Of a stretch of 64,000 bases of DNA, positions 10,871-23,849 are shown in pieces. This stretch comes from Okamejei kenojei (Eukaryota). The notes under the pieces are model-generated. The model was not told where the DNA came from. It saw nothing but the letters and a program-made list of their open reading frames with translations, and searched no databases. Numbering within the stretch: the stretch's first letter is position 1; each line of letters starts with the position of its first letter. The stretch is taken from positions 40,858,001-40,922,000 of the forward strand of contig CM069155.1 in the NCBI GenBank assembly GCA_035221665.1, written 5' to 3'. The translations under genes and the position numbers were made by a program.

Positions 10871-13800
10871 GCTGTCAAGGGACAGAAGGCCATTGTACTT
10901 GTGCAGTTAAACATAATAAAACATCATGCAGCTATGCTGCCAAGATTTGTGAAAAGTGAAAATCTGTTGAATTTGCTAGGAATCTTGTTTTGATATTAGA
11001 AATTAAGGTGACTCAAAGGCCGCTAGGTTGCGCTGCAGTTGCTTTCATGCTGCAGTCAGGGTGAAGTTAAAAGTTTCTTAGAGGCTGTCTCTCACCTTAT
11101 GGCAAACCACAGATGTCAGTTAAATAGTTAAATATTGCATCCTGTGTGTTGCAACACTAAACATTTAGCAGAGGGTTCCTTGGAGACTAATTTGTATATT
11201 AAAAGAAATGATTAAAAGCAACATTAAACATAAACTGCAACATTTCCACAATTGTAAACCTCCATTAAGTCACAGTAAAATCTCTAATACTTCAATGTAA
11301 TTAATATGACTATATATGGAGCAGTTGCAGTCCAAAAGGATTTTTAAAAACTAATCTCCATGTCACATTTAACCATAGCAATTAGGATTTTTAATTTATG
11401 TTACTTACACCTAAATGTATACATATTCATCTAATCTTCCTCAGAAGCTATAATTTTAGGAAAAATAAATTAAAAAGGCAGATGCATTAATGTCCACAGT
11501 GCAATAAGATAATTCAAGTTGCCCATCTTAATTTTACGAACACTGAATTTGGAGAGAGAATGAAAGAATCCCAAATTGTTAAGGATGGACATCATCTAAA
11601 ATTTATGCAAGCATTCAATTCTTGGTTGCTGTTAGAATACCACTATAAAAGGCAAAGTCAAGCCAATCGCCTTGTGTTTCATGCTGTTCCTACCAGGCTA
11701 TCAGCCTGCAGGCATTGTCAGCACAGAAGCTAATCCAAGTCTCCCTCAGTTTTGGCCTTGTAGCTCAAACAGCTAGCACGAGAAAAAAATGAAAGGCTTG
11801 GCAGTGAAAGGCAAACCAGCTTATCCCAAGTTAAAGGGATATGCTGCTCTCTTTAATCTGTTATCAGTTTGCTTCAGCTTTATGGAATTGTATTTGAAGT
11901 TCTTCCTTGCTCTGGATGAATTGTAGAAATCACAGTGTACCAAATTTCAGAAGAGGAGTGAAACAGTAAATGGGTTAATCTTGTCTCTATTGTGTCCCCA
12001 CAGGACAAGACGATTCAACATGCTATTTTACACCATGCTTCTTTAGGATACTGCTCCCCTGCCCCCATTCTCTACACTTCTGCATCCCCAGGAAAACCAT
12101 ACCACCTCCTGGCAGCTTCCAACAGCTTTATCAGTGCTCAGATCTAATCAGCTGTGAAAAGCTGCACAGTCACAGCAGGGGAACCATTCCCTTATTTCAT
12201 CCCTTTAGCTTTTTCTTTTACACAACCTGAGAGTTAGATAATTAGGTATCTCGGTGAGCACGCTTAAATGCGTAAGCGCTTCTTCCTACGAGAAAGCCTT
12301 ATCAGGTGTGGGCTAAGTCGCTCAGCAAGCCTCCGCACCTGCTGCGTTGCTCTGGCTTGTAATTAGAAGGATCCACACTTTGCTGCACAAAAGCAGACAG
12401 GGTCAGCATGAGGCTTCATGGAGGTTTGGTGCAAAATTGCAGCTGGCATGATTGATGGAAGGAATCAAAGACAGCAGAGACAAGTCAGCTATCAGTATTT
12501 AATATTTTAAAAAGCCATAGAGGCTGCAGTTGATCATGCAGAACATCAGTGAATAGATGAGCTAACCTGTGCTTGCTAATGTGCCATTTCTCGATTAATG
12601 AAAGGGCAGATGATCTGCAGTCGCCTGTCTGGCTGCAAATGTGAACGTGCTATCAGCAAAAGCCGCTATCCTAGTACCCCTGCAGCTAGAAGACCATCGC
12701 AATTTTATTCCTCATCTCTCATTCTTCACTTTCCATTGCCCAGGAGCAAAGTAATTTCATAAATGTAATGCTACCCAACCGATAAACAAATTATCTACAT
12801 ACTCTACAAGGTTTTCTATTAGCCAGGACACATTCCCAATTCCATTTGCCTTTGGACATTTTTGATCAGATTAAGGCTTTTCTTCCTCTGCGGGAGTGTT
12901 CTTGTATGTTTACTGAGCAAAATATCTTTGTCAAATTAAAACACAAAAGTTGCAAATCAAAGATCCATGCTCTAGCTGAAGTCATCAAGCACGTAGTGTA
13001 AGGTTCAACTTCTCTCACATCATCTGCTTTCAGCTACCCTGGGGACTTCACAAGGCAAACTATAATTTCTAGTAAATATATCCTGGGGACACAATTAGTT
13101 TTCAGTTGGGGGGGATGATAAATTGATCATGCATAATTCAGGACCGGCAAGAGCTAGAAAACAAACTGCCCGAACTTTGCTTCCAACCCCTTGACAAGAG
13201 AATACAAATGTGAATGTGGCCTGGGGTGGATGAAGAGTAGTAATGCTGCTTGAGTGCAGTGTAATGATAGGAAGGACATCGCTGGCAGCATCTATTTTGT
13301 ACTCTGCTTCTGTGTGTTATGTGTAAGAGTCTGACATAAGAGTTAAATGCACAGATGTTCAGCAATCTGCACTTGTGTTAATTACCCTAATGTGAACAGA
13401 TCACAGCTAATGAAGAAGCCCATTTTTCCAGACCTTGTATCACACCTTCCTTTGTGGGCATTCTTGAGTATTTCTGTACATTCAGCCTAGCTTTCCTCAC
13501 AAGAAAAGCAAAATTAGAGCGACAAATGAAATATTGACTGCAGAAACCACAATCACATGACTGATATGCAAATAGATTCGGGCAATATCCGCGTCATGAA
13601 AGGGTGGGGGTGGCATTTCCAGAAAATGGACTGTATCACGATTTTCTGTAACGCAAAGCCATGTCATCTGTACATGTTTCAATAAGTGTTATAAATGTAA
13701 TTTATGTTTATTTACACCAACCCCCACAAAAAATTGTAAGCAATTTAATTTACATCTCAGAATTTGTATTTGTAATTGTAATTTTGAATTTTGTAATGGG

Positions 13801-16629
13801 AAATATCCATTACCCAATGTAACTAAGGGGCTGCATGTATTTTATTACCTTGGTGCTTTTATGACATAAGACACGGGTTATAATTATTATTTGCTTGAAA
13901 AAATATCTATTTTTCTTTACTTTTCATTTTAAAACATACTAATCAGTAAATCATACTTCTTTTATAAAAAAGACAATGGCAACACACCATTTTGGCAAGC
14001 ACTGGTTTTATCTCAAGGATATAATTTGGGTTTTAAGGTTTTAGGTTTATTGCTATCATACATACTGATGTACAGTGAAAAGCTTAATTTTGCATGCTAT
14101 CCAATCAGATAATACTATACATAAATACAATCAAGACAAACTCAAGTACAGGGAGCAAAGGAGAACATACAGTGCAGAATATAGTTCTCAGCATTATAGC
14201 GCATCAGCTCCATGACGTGTTACAAACTGGAGTATGGGGATCGGGATAGGAAAACACAGCAGATTTACATCTTTCAATGTGGCAAAAATACATACATTTC
14301 TCTTTTAATAAGGTGAGAATAATAAGGGCATTTTTCTAACAAAATTTGCCATGCGGTTTTACAAGAGCCAGCGTGGAAAAAATGCAGGCTGTAACACCCA
14401 AGATGAAGGCCCTTTGCTATTTTTGGAGCCCACGCTTTCCACCATGAGCATGGGGGGAAAAACATCTGGTAAATGGTAACTTCAGCAAGCCTGCAGGCAT
14501 ACAAGTGACATTTACCAAACATAAACCAATGCAGAACTGATTTAATTACTGCACTTAAAGGTAACAAAAGACAACTCAATTTAATCCACAATGGCAGCAG
14601 AAAATCAAAATGCAGCTGTAGGATAACAAGACGCAAGCTATCAATAAGAAACGCCAGTTCGCTTCAGTGTCATCTGCACCTACCAATAAAAGTACAAGAA
14701 ACACTACTTTTGCCAAATCAAAAGGAAACTTTATGGTTACACTGATATTAGATTAATTTAATGTTAATAATAAAAGACGGAATCAAAAATAAAATTAATG
14801 AATTATTAGAAAATGAGGGATGTTGGCTGAGGAGGATACATTGGGGCAAAAGTGCACAATGAAGAACGGCTTTTACTTTCATTGTGGTGTCACACTAATG
14901 GAAGGGAGCATGTGACAACATACAAATGACTTCTCTAGGGAACCAGCCTCAGGCTCTTCATCTGTTTTCCTCCATTTCTGCAGGAATTAATCAGGAGTGA
15001 TAAGAACGTTTGTCTTGTAAATGCTGCATCAAAAGGAAACACCGTTTTAACGTATCGTGCCAGACACTGGTGAAGAAGGAATGGCTTTAAGCCTGGAATA
15101 ATAAGATGCTTTTTGTGTAGTTCTAGAGGCCTCGTGAGACAGGGAAGCACAATGATGTGACCTTCAGTGTTGAAAGCAACAAAGCCCACCCCAGAGTCTT
15201 TGGTAGAACAGTGGATTTTGTAGAAAGGTCATCTTTCCAACAACAGAATACCTTTTTAACATTACTACCAACCTCAATGGCTTTGATATGGCCAGTATAG
15301 AGACAGCTACGGCACTCCAGTACCCAGTGGCTTAAATACAGCCTACAGCATGTCATTCAGCCTGCATCAATGAGCACTTCTGAAATAAAAATGAAGCTAA
15401 TATTCAATATCATTTAGCCTTACTGTTCTGGTTTCTGCTTGTGAAGGCAATTGCAAGAATGCTGAAGACCAGTCACCACAATAAACGCCTATGTTTCAAC
15501 CAAGTCTCTTACACGCTGTACTCAAAAGACAGTTTTTTTCTGCATGTACTCTGTACTGTTCAAAGGTTATACTAACTGCAAGAGTTTACGTGCAGGCTAC
15601 AATGTGCAGTCTTTGTCTTTTGTACATAAACATTTTAGTCCCATGATCGTGGTTGCAAATAAGCTCGGCTTTAGTCTTTTACTATGTATGTCTAGCATCA
15701 TTCTGAAAGAAACCATTTGAAAATTAAAATGAAAACTTTAATGTCAAAATGCTTAATGGAAATCCCTTATTAACTAAAGTACTACTAGTCAATTCCAGGA
15801 ACTGCTTTCTTCCTATGTTAATATTGTGATCATGTAATTTCAGTTGACACATAGTTAAGCAGCAACCGTAAAGGAACCTATACAAAATAGTAGAGGCATT
15901 TCTTGCTCCTCAGAAGAAATTCAAGACAAGAAGGTTGGGATTCTAAAGGCTATCTATCCAATTAGTTAATAAGAAAATCAGACTGAGAAATATGTCTGCC
16001 TAAGGAAACTCAGATGCCTCAAATATTTTCCAGTTACAAAATACATATTCAGTAGTATTTCAACAAGCTGGAAGAAAACAGACAGGCAGACCTGTTTAAC
16101 AGCTGCATGAGTATTCACAGCAACAAGGTACCAGAGAGAGGAAACAAAGGACTCCAATGATTTTACAAGAAATTATTGATTTCTATTATACAAGCAGCTT
16201 TTCAACTGTCCAAAGTTATTGGTTTCATATTTGATAAGAAAGCAGCTCAGAGAACTGACAAAGGGCTTCCTGGACTCATTTCCCCATGACTCATTTCTGC
16301 TTCACTCCGAGCATGCAGCCTGCTCCGAAATGTTTAACTTTGTTGTTCAGTAATGCCAACCAACTGCTTCAGCCCGTGTGTCTTTGACCAAATAGCGGGA
16401 ATAACGGTATACATATATATATATCTTTTTTAAACACGAGGTAAAAATGAATCCGGCATCGTTCTGAGCTGTTACTTTGGTGAAAAGGCAAGAAGCCAAC
16501 AGGGAGGATTCCCTTTGTTACCGATCTCAAAGACAGAGGAGTATACAATAAAAGAAACAAACAGTGGAAGCGACAGAAACAACGGCATTTTCTTAAATAG
16601 ATAAAAGTGAAATATATTTTGTATCTTAC

Positions 16630-16810
16630 CAACACTGGGTTTATTTTCCTAAACACAAACAATGAATGATAACCTCAATCCACGCTGCAAAAGCGCAGTA
16701 ATCCCAACCATTTAGGAATCCACAATTATCCGGCACATTCCCTTCGCAGCGAAACAAAATCATTCTTCGTGAAATATGGCCGTATTCTCGGGCTTCTAAG
16801 ACCGTGCTGC
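16630..16810 (-). other. Candidate second 5' exon
   Basis: Acceptor ctga-poly(T)-gtaaAG| with branch-like CTGAT; strong donor TTG|GTAAGA; implies a 92-nt intron 16811-16902. Confidence 0.35.
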
Positions 16811-16902
16811 CTTTACAAAAAAAAATCAGTTTTCTTTCCAGGGAGGTGGGGGGAGGGGGAGACAGCAGAATTGGGAAACGGGCAGAGCGAAGAAAAACAA
16901 AC

Positions 16903-17250
16903 CTGATATGCCCGTCGTCCAGTTAGTAAGGCAGAGCGGCGCTGACGCTGCCTCCAAACCTCCGTACAAAGCCAGCAACTCGGAGCAACCCCCTCCCTCT
17001 CGGTTTCTCCGTTTTAAAAATAAATATATCTCTCTCTTAATGTGGCCGAAGTAAATCCTTCCGCGTCTGAGTGTTGTGCGAGACTGTGGGGCGCGGCGGC
17101 GGGGCTGGGCTCAGCGCTGCCCAGCTGCTCCGCTCATTAGCCCGGCGCTCGCACACGCACACACTGAACAAGAAGCCACTTCCAATCCTCACTCGGGTCC
17201 GCAAGCCGCTTCCCTCATACAAACTGCGCTAAGATGATTTTCTCAGGTCT
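16903..17250 (-). other. Candidate non-coding first exon of an unidentified minus-strand gene (5' end approximate)
   Basis: Lies in the CpG island; ends at CAG|GTTTGT donor (GT = 16902-16901). Confidence 0.4.
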
Positions 17251-17724
17251 TGATATCCATAATTCCCATGATGAACGAAGAGCAATATCCTCTGCACATT
17301 GTAATCTCAATCTTGTTACTGTTAAGCCTCCAAATCAGCTTTGGAGCCGCTCTGGACAACTGCCGCTTTCAACCTCCTAAGGTAGCTTAGGGTGTAATGC
17401 CAGCGAGCAGACTGAACCGATCTATTCAAGAAAGATGGATTACACAGACGGCTTCTTGTTCTTAAAGGGGCCACGCAGCATCGCCTGTACAAGTGTCAAT
17501 TAACTCCTCGCTCAGAATTGTCAACTAGTTGTAGAACAAATAACTTCTTCAGCACACTGCAACGCTATAAATGTAGACATATGGTTTTAATGATTACTAT
17601 TCATTTCTGATTGCCAGCAGAATTTTGAAATACAATTGCAGATGTGTAACTCAATTCCGATCTACTGTCAAACTTTTTTTAAAATAATGTAAACATTCTA
17701 CATTTTCTCCAATAAAATCTATAA

Positions 17725-17950
17725 AAACTCCAAATACTCAGGTGAGCAGCATCTATGGGGATTGAACTAACCTTTCAGGTCAATGATGTTTCATCAGAAG
17801 TTATTTATGTCCCTTCTGAACGCCAAAGATCAGAGACCTGAAATGTAAGCTTTGTTTCTCTTGCCATGGGCACTGACTGATCCATTGAGAATTTCCAGCT
17901 GTTTCTCTTTTTACTTTAGATTTGCAGCATCTTCAGTTTTGATTTTCTTT
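17725..17950. mobile_element. Old head-to-head pair of Penelope-terminus repeats
   Basis: Minus-strand ctgatgaaacatcattgacctgaaa (17773-17797) and plus-strand ..gacctgaaatgt..tttccagc..cagcatct. Confidence 0.5.
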
Positions 17951-18084
17951 TCAGCAACAATTCTATGTAATAAATATACGTAAGGCCGATAAAATGGCAA
18001 TAGCATAGTTTATTGTTCTATTTGGAAGGGATAAAGCATGGAAGAAACTGATTATCTAAGCCTGGATAATAAAATGCAAAACTG

Positions 18085-18340
18085 AAGCATGTCACAAGAG
18101 GGTTATAGCATGGAAGGAGGTCACTCAACTTGTTAAATCCATACCAAATACACGTCAGAGCAATCCCGTTAGTTCCACTCGATCACTCTCTCTCCACAGT
18201 CCTGTAAATCCTTCCTTTCAGATATTTATCCATCTCCATTTTAAATGTCACAGTTAAATTTGCCTCCTGTAATCCTGGCAGAGCATTACAGGTACTAACC
18301 ACTCAGTCTGCAAAAGACATTTCCCTCAACTCACTTATAC
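18085..18340 (-). mobile_element. Old CR1-like 3' end
   Basis: atagcatggaaggaggtcactca...tatttatcc...ggcagagcattacaggtactaaccactc pattern. Confidence 0.5.
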
Positions 18341-19361
18341 TGAAGAATGTTTCTTGGTGAGGGAACAGAATACAACATTTTAACTGCTCCAATTTATTCT
18401 TTGTCTCCAATTTTCAACAGCATTCAGCAAGAATAACTCGGATAAATTGGCGCCACTTAATACCTCCACTTAATATCCTACTTCTTGGAAATCCATCCTA
18501 CTTGGTAGCACAGAATGAGATATTTAGTATCTTCAGCACATTGTAGTCACCTCCAACAATTTCAATAATTTTGAAGGAATGAACTTTGGTGATAGACTAC
18601 AACACAAAGTCAATTTTGGTGGCTGAAGTTTTAATGATTTTCTGATCTGCTAGTGAACAGAACCTTTGAAGCACTGGAAATGTCAATTTCAGAATAAGTT
18701 CACTGAGAGTAACTTTCCTCAAGCAGTAGAAAAGTTCAAGAGAAAAATTCAAAAGCTTCTTGGGTGAAGCTATTGATAAACTGGGTTAAATATACACAAA
18801 GTGAAGGAGTGGACAAAGATGCCACAATAGAGTAAAATCACTCAATAGGTAATTTTTGTTTATTGTTTGCTAAGTTTTAATCTTCATATATCCAAAACGA
18901 GGATTCATCAATCAATGAGCAATATTAAGCTCCATGAATATCCAACATGGCAAACCACTCAGGCAGCATATATTAACAGGTACAGAAATGTGCTACTTGA
19001 TTGCTGAGGCTTACAGAACACCATGAAATTCAAATTCTGGATCTGCATAAAGGGTCTGGATCCTTTTACCATATATGGCTCTGCCTTATTTATTGTCAGT
19101 AGATGGCCAAGAGTACAGCTGCTCCAGGGTTTGGGGATTGCAGCCAAAAATACATTATTTTTAGAAAAAGGATATTTCCATTTTTTAATATATAAATGTA
19201 TACTATCCAGAGGATGCCATTGATTACTGAACTACAGAGGAAATATAAAGTGATTTATTTTTGTTCTCCTCACAGGTGAACATTGCGATTATACACAGCC
19301 AAATTTCCTTACTTGCAACTGGGATCAGCTTATTCAGTCTGAGCAAGAAATACATCAGGGA

Positions 19362-19515
19362 TTTTTTTTTTAAAGAAGGAACTGCAGATGCTGGAGAATC
19401 GAGGGTACACAAAAAGCTGGAGAAACTCAGCGGGTGCAGCAGCATCTAAGGAGCGAAGGAGATAGGCGACGTTTCGGGTCGAGACCCTTCTTCAGACCCA
19501 AATCAACACTGATTT
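19362..19515 (-). mobile_element. Short Penelope-terminus element with an intact minimal hammerhead core
   Basis: Reverse complement of 19468-19497 = GTCTGAAGAAGGGTCTCGACCCGAAACGTC; perfect 14-bp TSD aaatacatcaggga at 19348-19361 and 19516-19529. Confidence 0.88.
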
Positions 19516-21789
19516 AAATACATCAGGGAAACTGGCTGGTGTGATGGTAGATGTGGTGCAGTGCACTCACTCTTGTGATATCAGGAAAGTTATCCCTCCC
19601 AGTTCTGCATTTTGATGACCATGTTAGAATTTGCAGCGTCTGCATTCTAGAGCTTGATCAACACACATACTGTAAGTACTGCCGTTGATTTAAACACTTA
19701 TTTAAAATGGTCTTATTTGGTCTAAAATCTGGAGCAATCTTTCAGTAAATACTTCCAAATGTTGAATCAACATTTAGTCACGATGCCAAGACATCCACAT
19801 TAAACTGCAACTATCTATAATGTAACGTCTGTTGAGAACTGGGATGCCATGATGTCACTGCACAATACAAAGAAAACGAGTTCAGGTTACAAACTGTTAT
19901 ACGAGTTAGTTTTGTTCCTTCAATACAAAGAGATGGAGGGCATTCAAGTTATTCCTTCAGGACCAACACGGTTTAAACTGTTGTATGGCAGTTATGGAAA
20001 TAGAACATCAATATGGAATTCACAAAGGCTTAATTTACGCTACATGTGTTTGGAATTCAAATTGGTGGGTTGACGTTCAGGAGAGGTTTCATACCTACAG
20101 GGTTCAACATGCTCAATAAGTCTTTAAATTTACACTTACAAAAGTTCTGATGTGCTCATATAACTCTTTTGCACTGATGCAAATGAAGCCAGCATGAATA
20201 CAGTATCAAAAGGACTATTTAATATCTAATACAGCAATGAATACTCAAATTGCAGAACCAATGAGATTGACTCATACTGGCTGATGTATTCAAGGTTTTT
20301 AAACCATTCAAGAGGTTGACTGCTGTCTGAATGATAGTGCAGTTTTGACTTTAGAAAATACCTCCCTCCCAAAAAAACTCTGGGTTGGAATTCTATTTCT
20401 CATATTTTACCAACACCCACATTTTCTGCGAAAACATCTTATAAATTCCTGAAGCAAAATATATCAATAAATATATGAATGGCTCGCTTTCACATTCTAA
20501 TTGAGGTTTTTTTTTAAACCACCATATTTTAAAACCTATAATTCCATCAGACATATGATTAAATAATTTTCAAAGGTTATAAATATCATTTACCTTTAAA
20601 AGGAATTGTAAATAAAACCTATTCCCTGAATACACTGATGGTATAATTCAGCCTACTGGCAAGCCAGCTCCTTGATGCTTTCACAGTCTGAGTGTAAACT
20701 ACTTCCATATATTTCTAATTTCCGCACTGAGGATATTTCAGTCACAACACTATATTTTATATTTCACAATATTGAAGTGACAAACTTGTTTCTAATATTT
20801 GAGAAGCTGTTATCAGCATTGTCCTTTCGCTCCCTCACTTTTCAAATATAAATGTCCACACCATTTGCATACAATATATTTAAGTAGCTGCGTATAACCC
20901 CGCCTTGTGTTAGATGCATTTTAAACCAACTGTGGTGGCTCCACCTAGACTGTCAGATATTATTTTGACGCTTCATTTTTCTCACCAGTGCTCAAACACA
21001 GTTGTCATCAGACCTAACTCATGCATGACGACCTTTGGTTACTGCAAACACAGATCGTTTGGATGATAATAGTGAGAAAATGGATTGCTTGCCAAGTACA
21101 TCATGTGAAGATCCTACATTCCACCTTCAAATATCATCCATTTTAACCCATAATGCACAAGCACAATATAAAACTGAAAGATAGATTCACTAATAAATTC
21201 ATAATTGTCTTTCATTATTAACCTGTTACTCAATAATCACATTGGCTTATATTATTATATTTATACTGTTGAGACATTTGGATTTGATTTTCTGCAACTT
21301 AAGAATATGGGTTTGTATTATTTCATTTCATTTTCAAGAAAAGGTATCAAAATTATCATGCAGTATAAAACATAATTTCTGGATTGTTTCATCTGTTTTA
21401 ACTGGATATCTGAAAATCACTATTTTTAAACCATACAGCTTTTCAGCAAAAGGAAAACAGAAAATATAAGGAATATTTACTCTTTCATTTAATACAACAT
21501 TCATGAAGGCATGCTAAGCCATATCACTGTTATTAATTATCTTGATGCCTGACTTCCATGTATGCAGCAATAAAATCAAGAAAAATATCATGTAGCAAAA
21601 TTCAAAACTTTTCAGAACACCATCAAGAGAGAGTATTTGCATTGCTTACTTATCTCTTAATTTCCTTTGCTTCTGAAACCAGAATTTAAAATGCCAAGGC
21701 AGGCAAATAGTAGTTAAGTTGGTAGCCTGACAAAAGGCTGTGGGTTTAAGGCCTATTAAGGACAAGGTCTTAATAATCTAGGCCGACAT

Positions 21790-22240
21790 TACTGCAGATA
21801 CAGGTGAAGGGGAGGAGTTGATTGGCACATAGGTGGAGTAAGTGATAAAGGCTAGGTATGAAAAGGAGACAAAAGGGTGTCACATACGGAAAGGACCAAA
21901 ATGTAATTCTGGAGGGAGGGACATGAGTGGAAGGGGGCAGCGGAGAAGGAAAGAAAGAGGAATAAAAGGGAAATATGGGTCTTGGGGATAGGAGATTAGT
22001 GTACAGAAGAGGTGGGAAAAGGAGCAGGGTGATTGGGGTGGTGGGAGATACTCGGAGAAATGTGTGGACACTATGTTGGGGGGTAGGAGGGGATGGTGTT
22101 TGCCATTGGGGTTTGAGTTACCCAAGCGGAACACGGTGGTGCTCCTCAACTTTGCTTGTGGTTTCACTCAGCCAAAGGCGGCAGCCCAAAGCACAATGAT
22201 CGGTATGGGAATGGGAAGCTGAGTTAAAACAGTTAGCAGC
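21790..22240 (-). mobile_element. Penelope-like 3' fragment
   Basis: ORF 21880-22167 begins PQAKLRSTTVFRLG (cf. KLEEQHLIFRLG at the end of the PLE ORF); similar to 37470-38282. Confidence 0.65.
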
Positions 22241-22244
22241 CAAT

Positions 22245-22680
22245 CATCAGATTTTAGAAGAATGAGACGATCTCATTATTCTCATTCTCAAGGCAAATTC
22301 CTTGTAAGTGTGCATACTTGGTCAATAAACTTATTCACTCATTCATTCATTGAACACAACTAACTAATTTCTCCAACTGGAGAAACTAGAAATCGGGGCT
22401 ACTTTTCCAGGATAAATGGTTGGACATTTAAATTTGAAACTAAAAGATTCTAAATCTTCATAATTTTCTTTAACCAGGAGATGATATTTAATGATGAATC
22501 TAATATATTGTGGAACATTATGGAAATCAGAGGATCTAGTGATTAAGTGGAAAAGTGGAGTTTATGTGGAAGAACATTTGTTATCTCTTTAAATGGCAGA
22601 ATAATGTTAATGTGCAGGAATTGCTGGTTGGTGTGGACGCATTGGGCCAAAGGACCTGTTTCCATGCTGTATCTCTAAAA
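22245..22680 (+). mobile_element. Old CR1-like 3' fragments
   Basis: ttagaagaatgagacgatctcatt; 3' tail ttgggccaaaggacctgtttccatgctgtatctctaaa. Confidence 0.5.
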
Positions 22681-23014
22681 TTAAAATGGAACAAGTAAAG
22701 TTGTTAGGTATAGTCAGTGGTAGGTGGAGTGGTGTAAGATTATTCCTATTTCTATAACTTGATTTAATATTGTGAAATTACTTCCCTCATATTGACATAT
22801 TAAATTATCCTTCAGTAATTGTACTTTCCACCAGGGAGTTTACACTGCAATGGCTCAGTCCTTCAGCTCTTTAAACTGATTTGCAGCAAAACTCCTGTAT
22901 TCCAACCAATTCTAATTACTCATTGGCACTTAAAATAATATAAATTCTAGGTACTACATAAATGAAAGTACCATTATAAATAAGGCATGTTATATATGCA
23001 GTTTGTTCCAGTTC

Positions 23015-23100
23015 AAAACATGAAGTGCTGGAAGATCTCAGCAGGTCAGGCAGCATCTGAGGAAGGAATATACTGAGGAAGATGACATTTTGGGTCTTGT
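23015..23100 (-). mobile_element. Penelope-terminus fragment
   Basis: gtgctggaagatctcagcaggtcaggcagcatctg...gacattttgggtc. Confidence 0.6.
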
Positions 23101-23849
23101 CCAATTATTGGTTGAATCACTCTTCATCAGTATCTTGACTTCCCGTGAGAAGCAACGGAAGGTTAATTAGTGTTTGATTCTTTATATGTTTCTTCCCTTG
23201 GCTTACTTCTCATTTCTTCCAAATGTGGTTATAGTGTGGCATACGTGCCAGTTACCAATTTATCATCATATGCATGCCCCATTTAAAATAAGCAAACTAT
23301 TCAATCATTAGGACAGAACAGATGAACTTTATTCTATCATTTTCAGATGCAGAATTTGAAGAAAAGGTCACTGTGCAATGTTCGGTAAAAGAAGATTTAG
23401 CACAGGATTGCTGACATTAATTGTGGTACTGCAAATCAGCGAACTCAGCACGAGCGCAGACCAGGAATTCTGAGCCCATGTGACCGACTTCCACAATGAG
23501 ATACAAGAAAAGCAAGAAATGCTTACTCAGTGAAAAGTATATAGTATGCTGGGTTCCGACTCCTCTGCAACCTGATTTCCCAACCAGTTAGCAAACGGGG
23601 CAGAAGTCTCTCTCTGCTTCTCCAATGGGGCCATTATAAATTGAGTTTATAAGACTCTGCACCTTATTGTAGGCACATGTCTGTCTGCCCTAAATTCAAT
23701 GCTGATCAATCCAACACGGACAAAGTGGGCGAAATGTCCTCCTGTGTTGTAACTACGCTATGATTAATTAATAACATCACGTTATGGCATATTTAGCTGG
23801 GGTGAGAAATGAAACAAAAATGTCACAAAAATGATGCAGTAGAATGTGT

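Larger units (their letters stand above)
16370..17510. promoter_or_regulatory. CpG island / probable host promoter
   Basis: Strong local CpG and GC enrichment in unique (non-repeat) sequence; GC-box-like ggggcgcggcggcggggc at ~17087-17105; embedded in a TE-poor block. Confidence 0.75.

Noticed and set aside
14274-14636. 120-aa minus-strand ORF in the TE-poor block
   Set aside because: Non-ATG start, no recognisable domain, composition typical of random AT-rich ORFs
23347-23415. tttcAG acceptor followed by DAEFEEKVTVQC..
   Set aside because: Stops after ~22 codons, weak donor, unrecognised peptide
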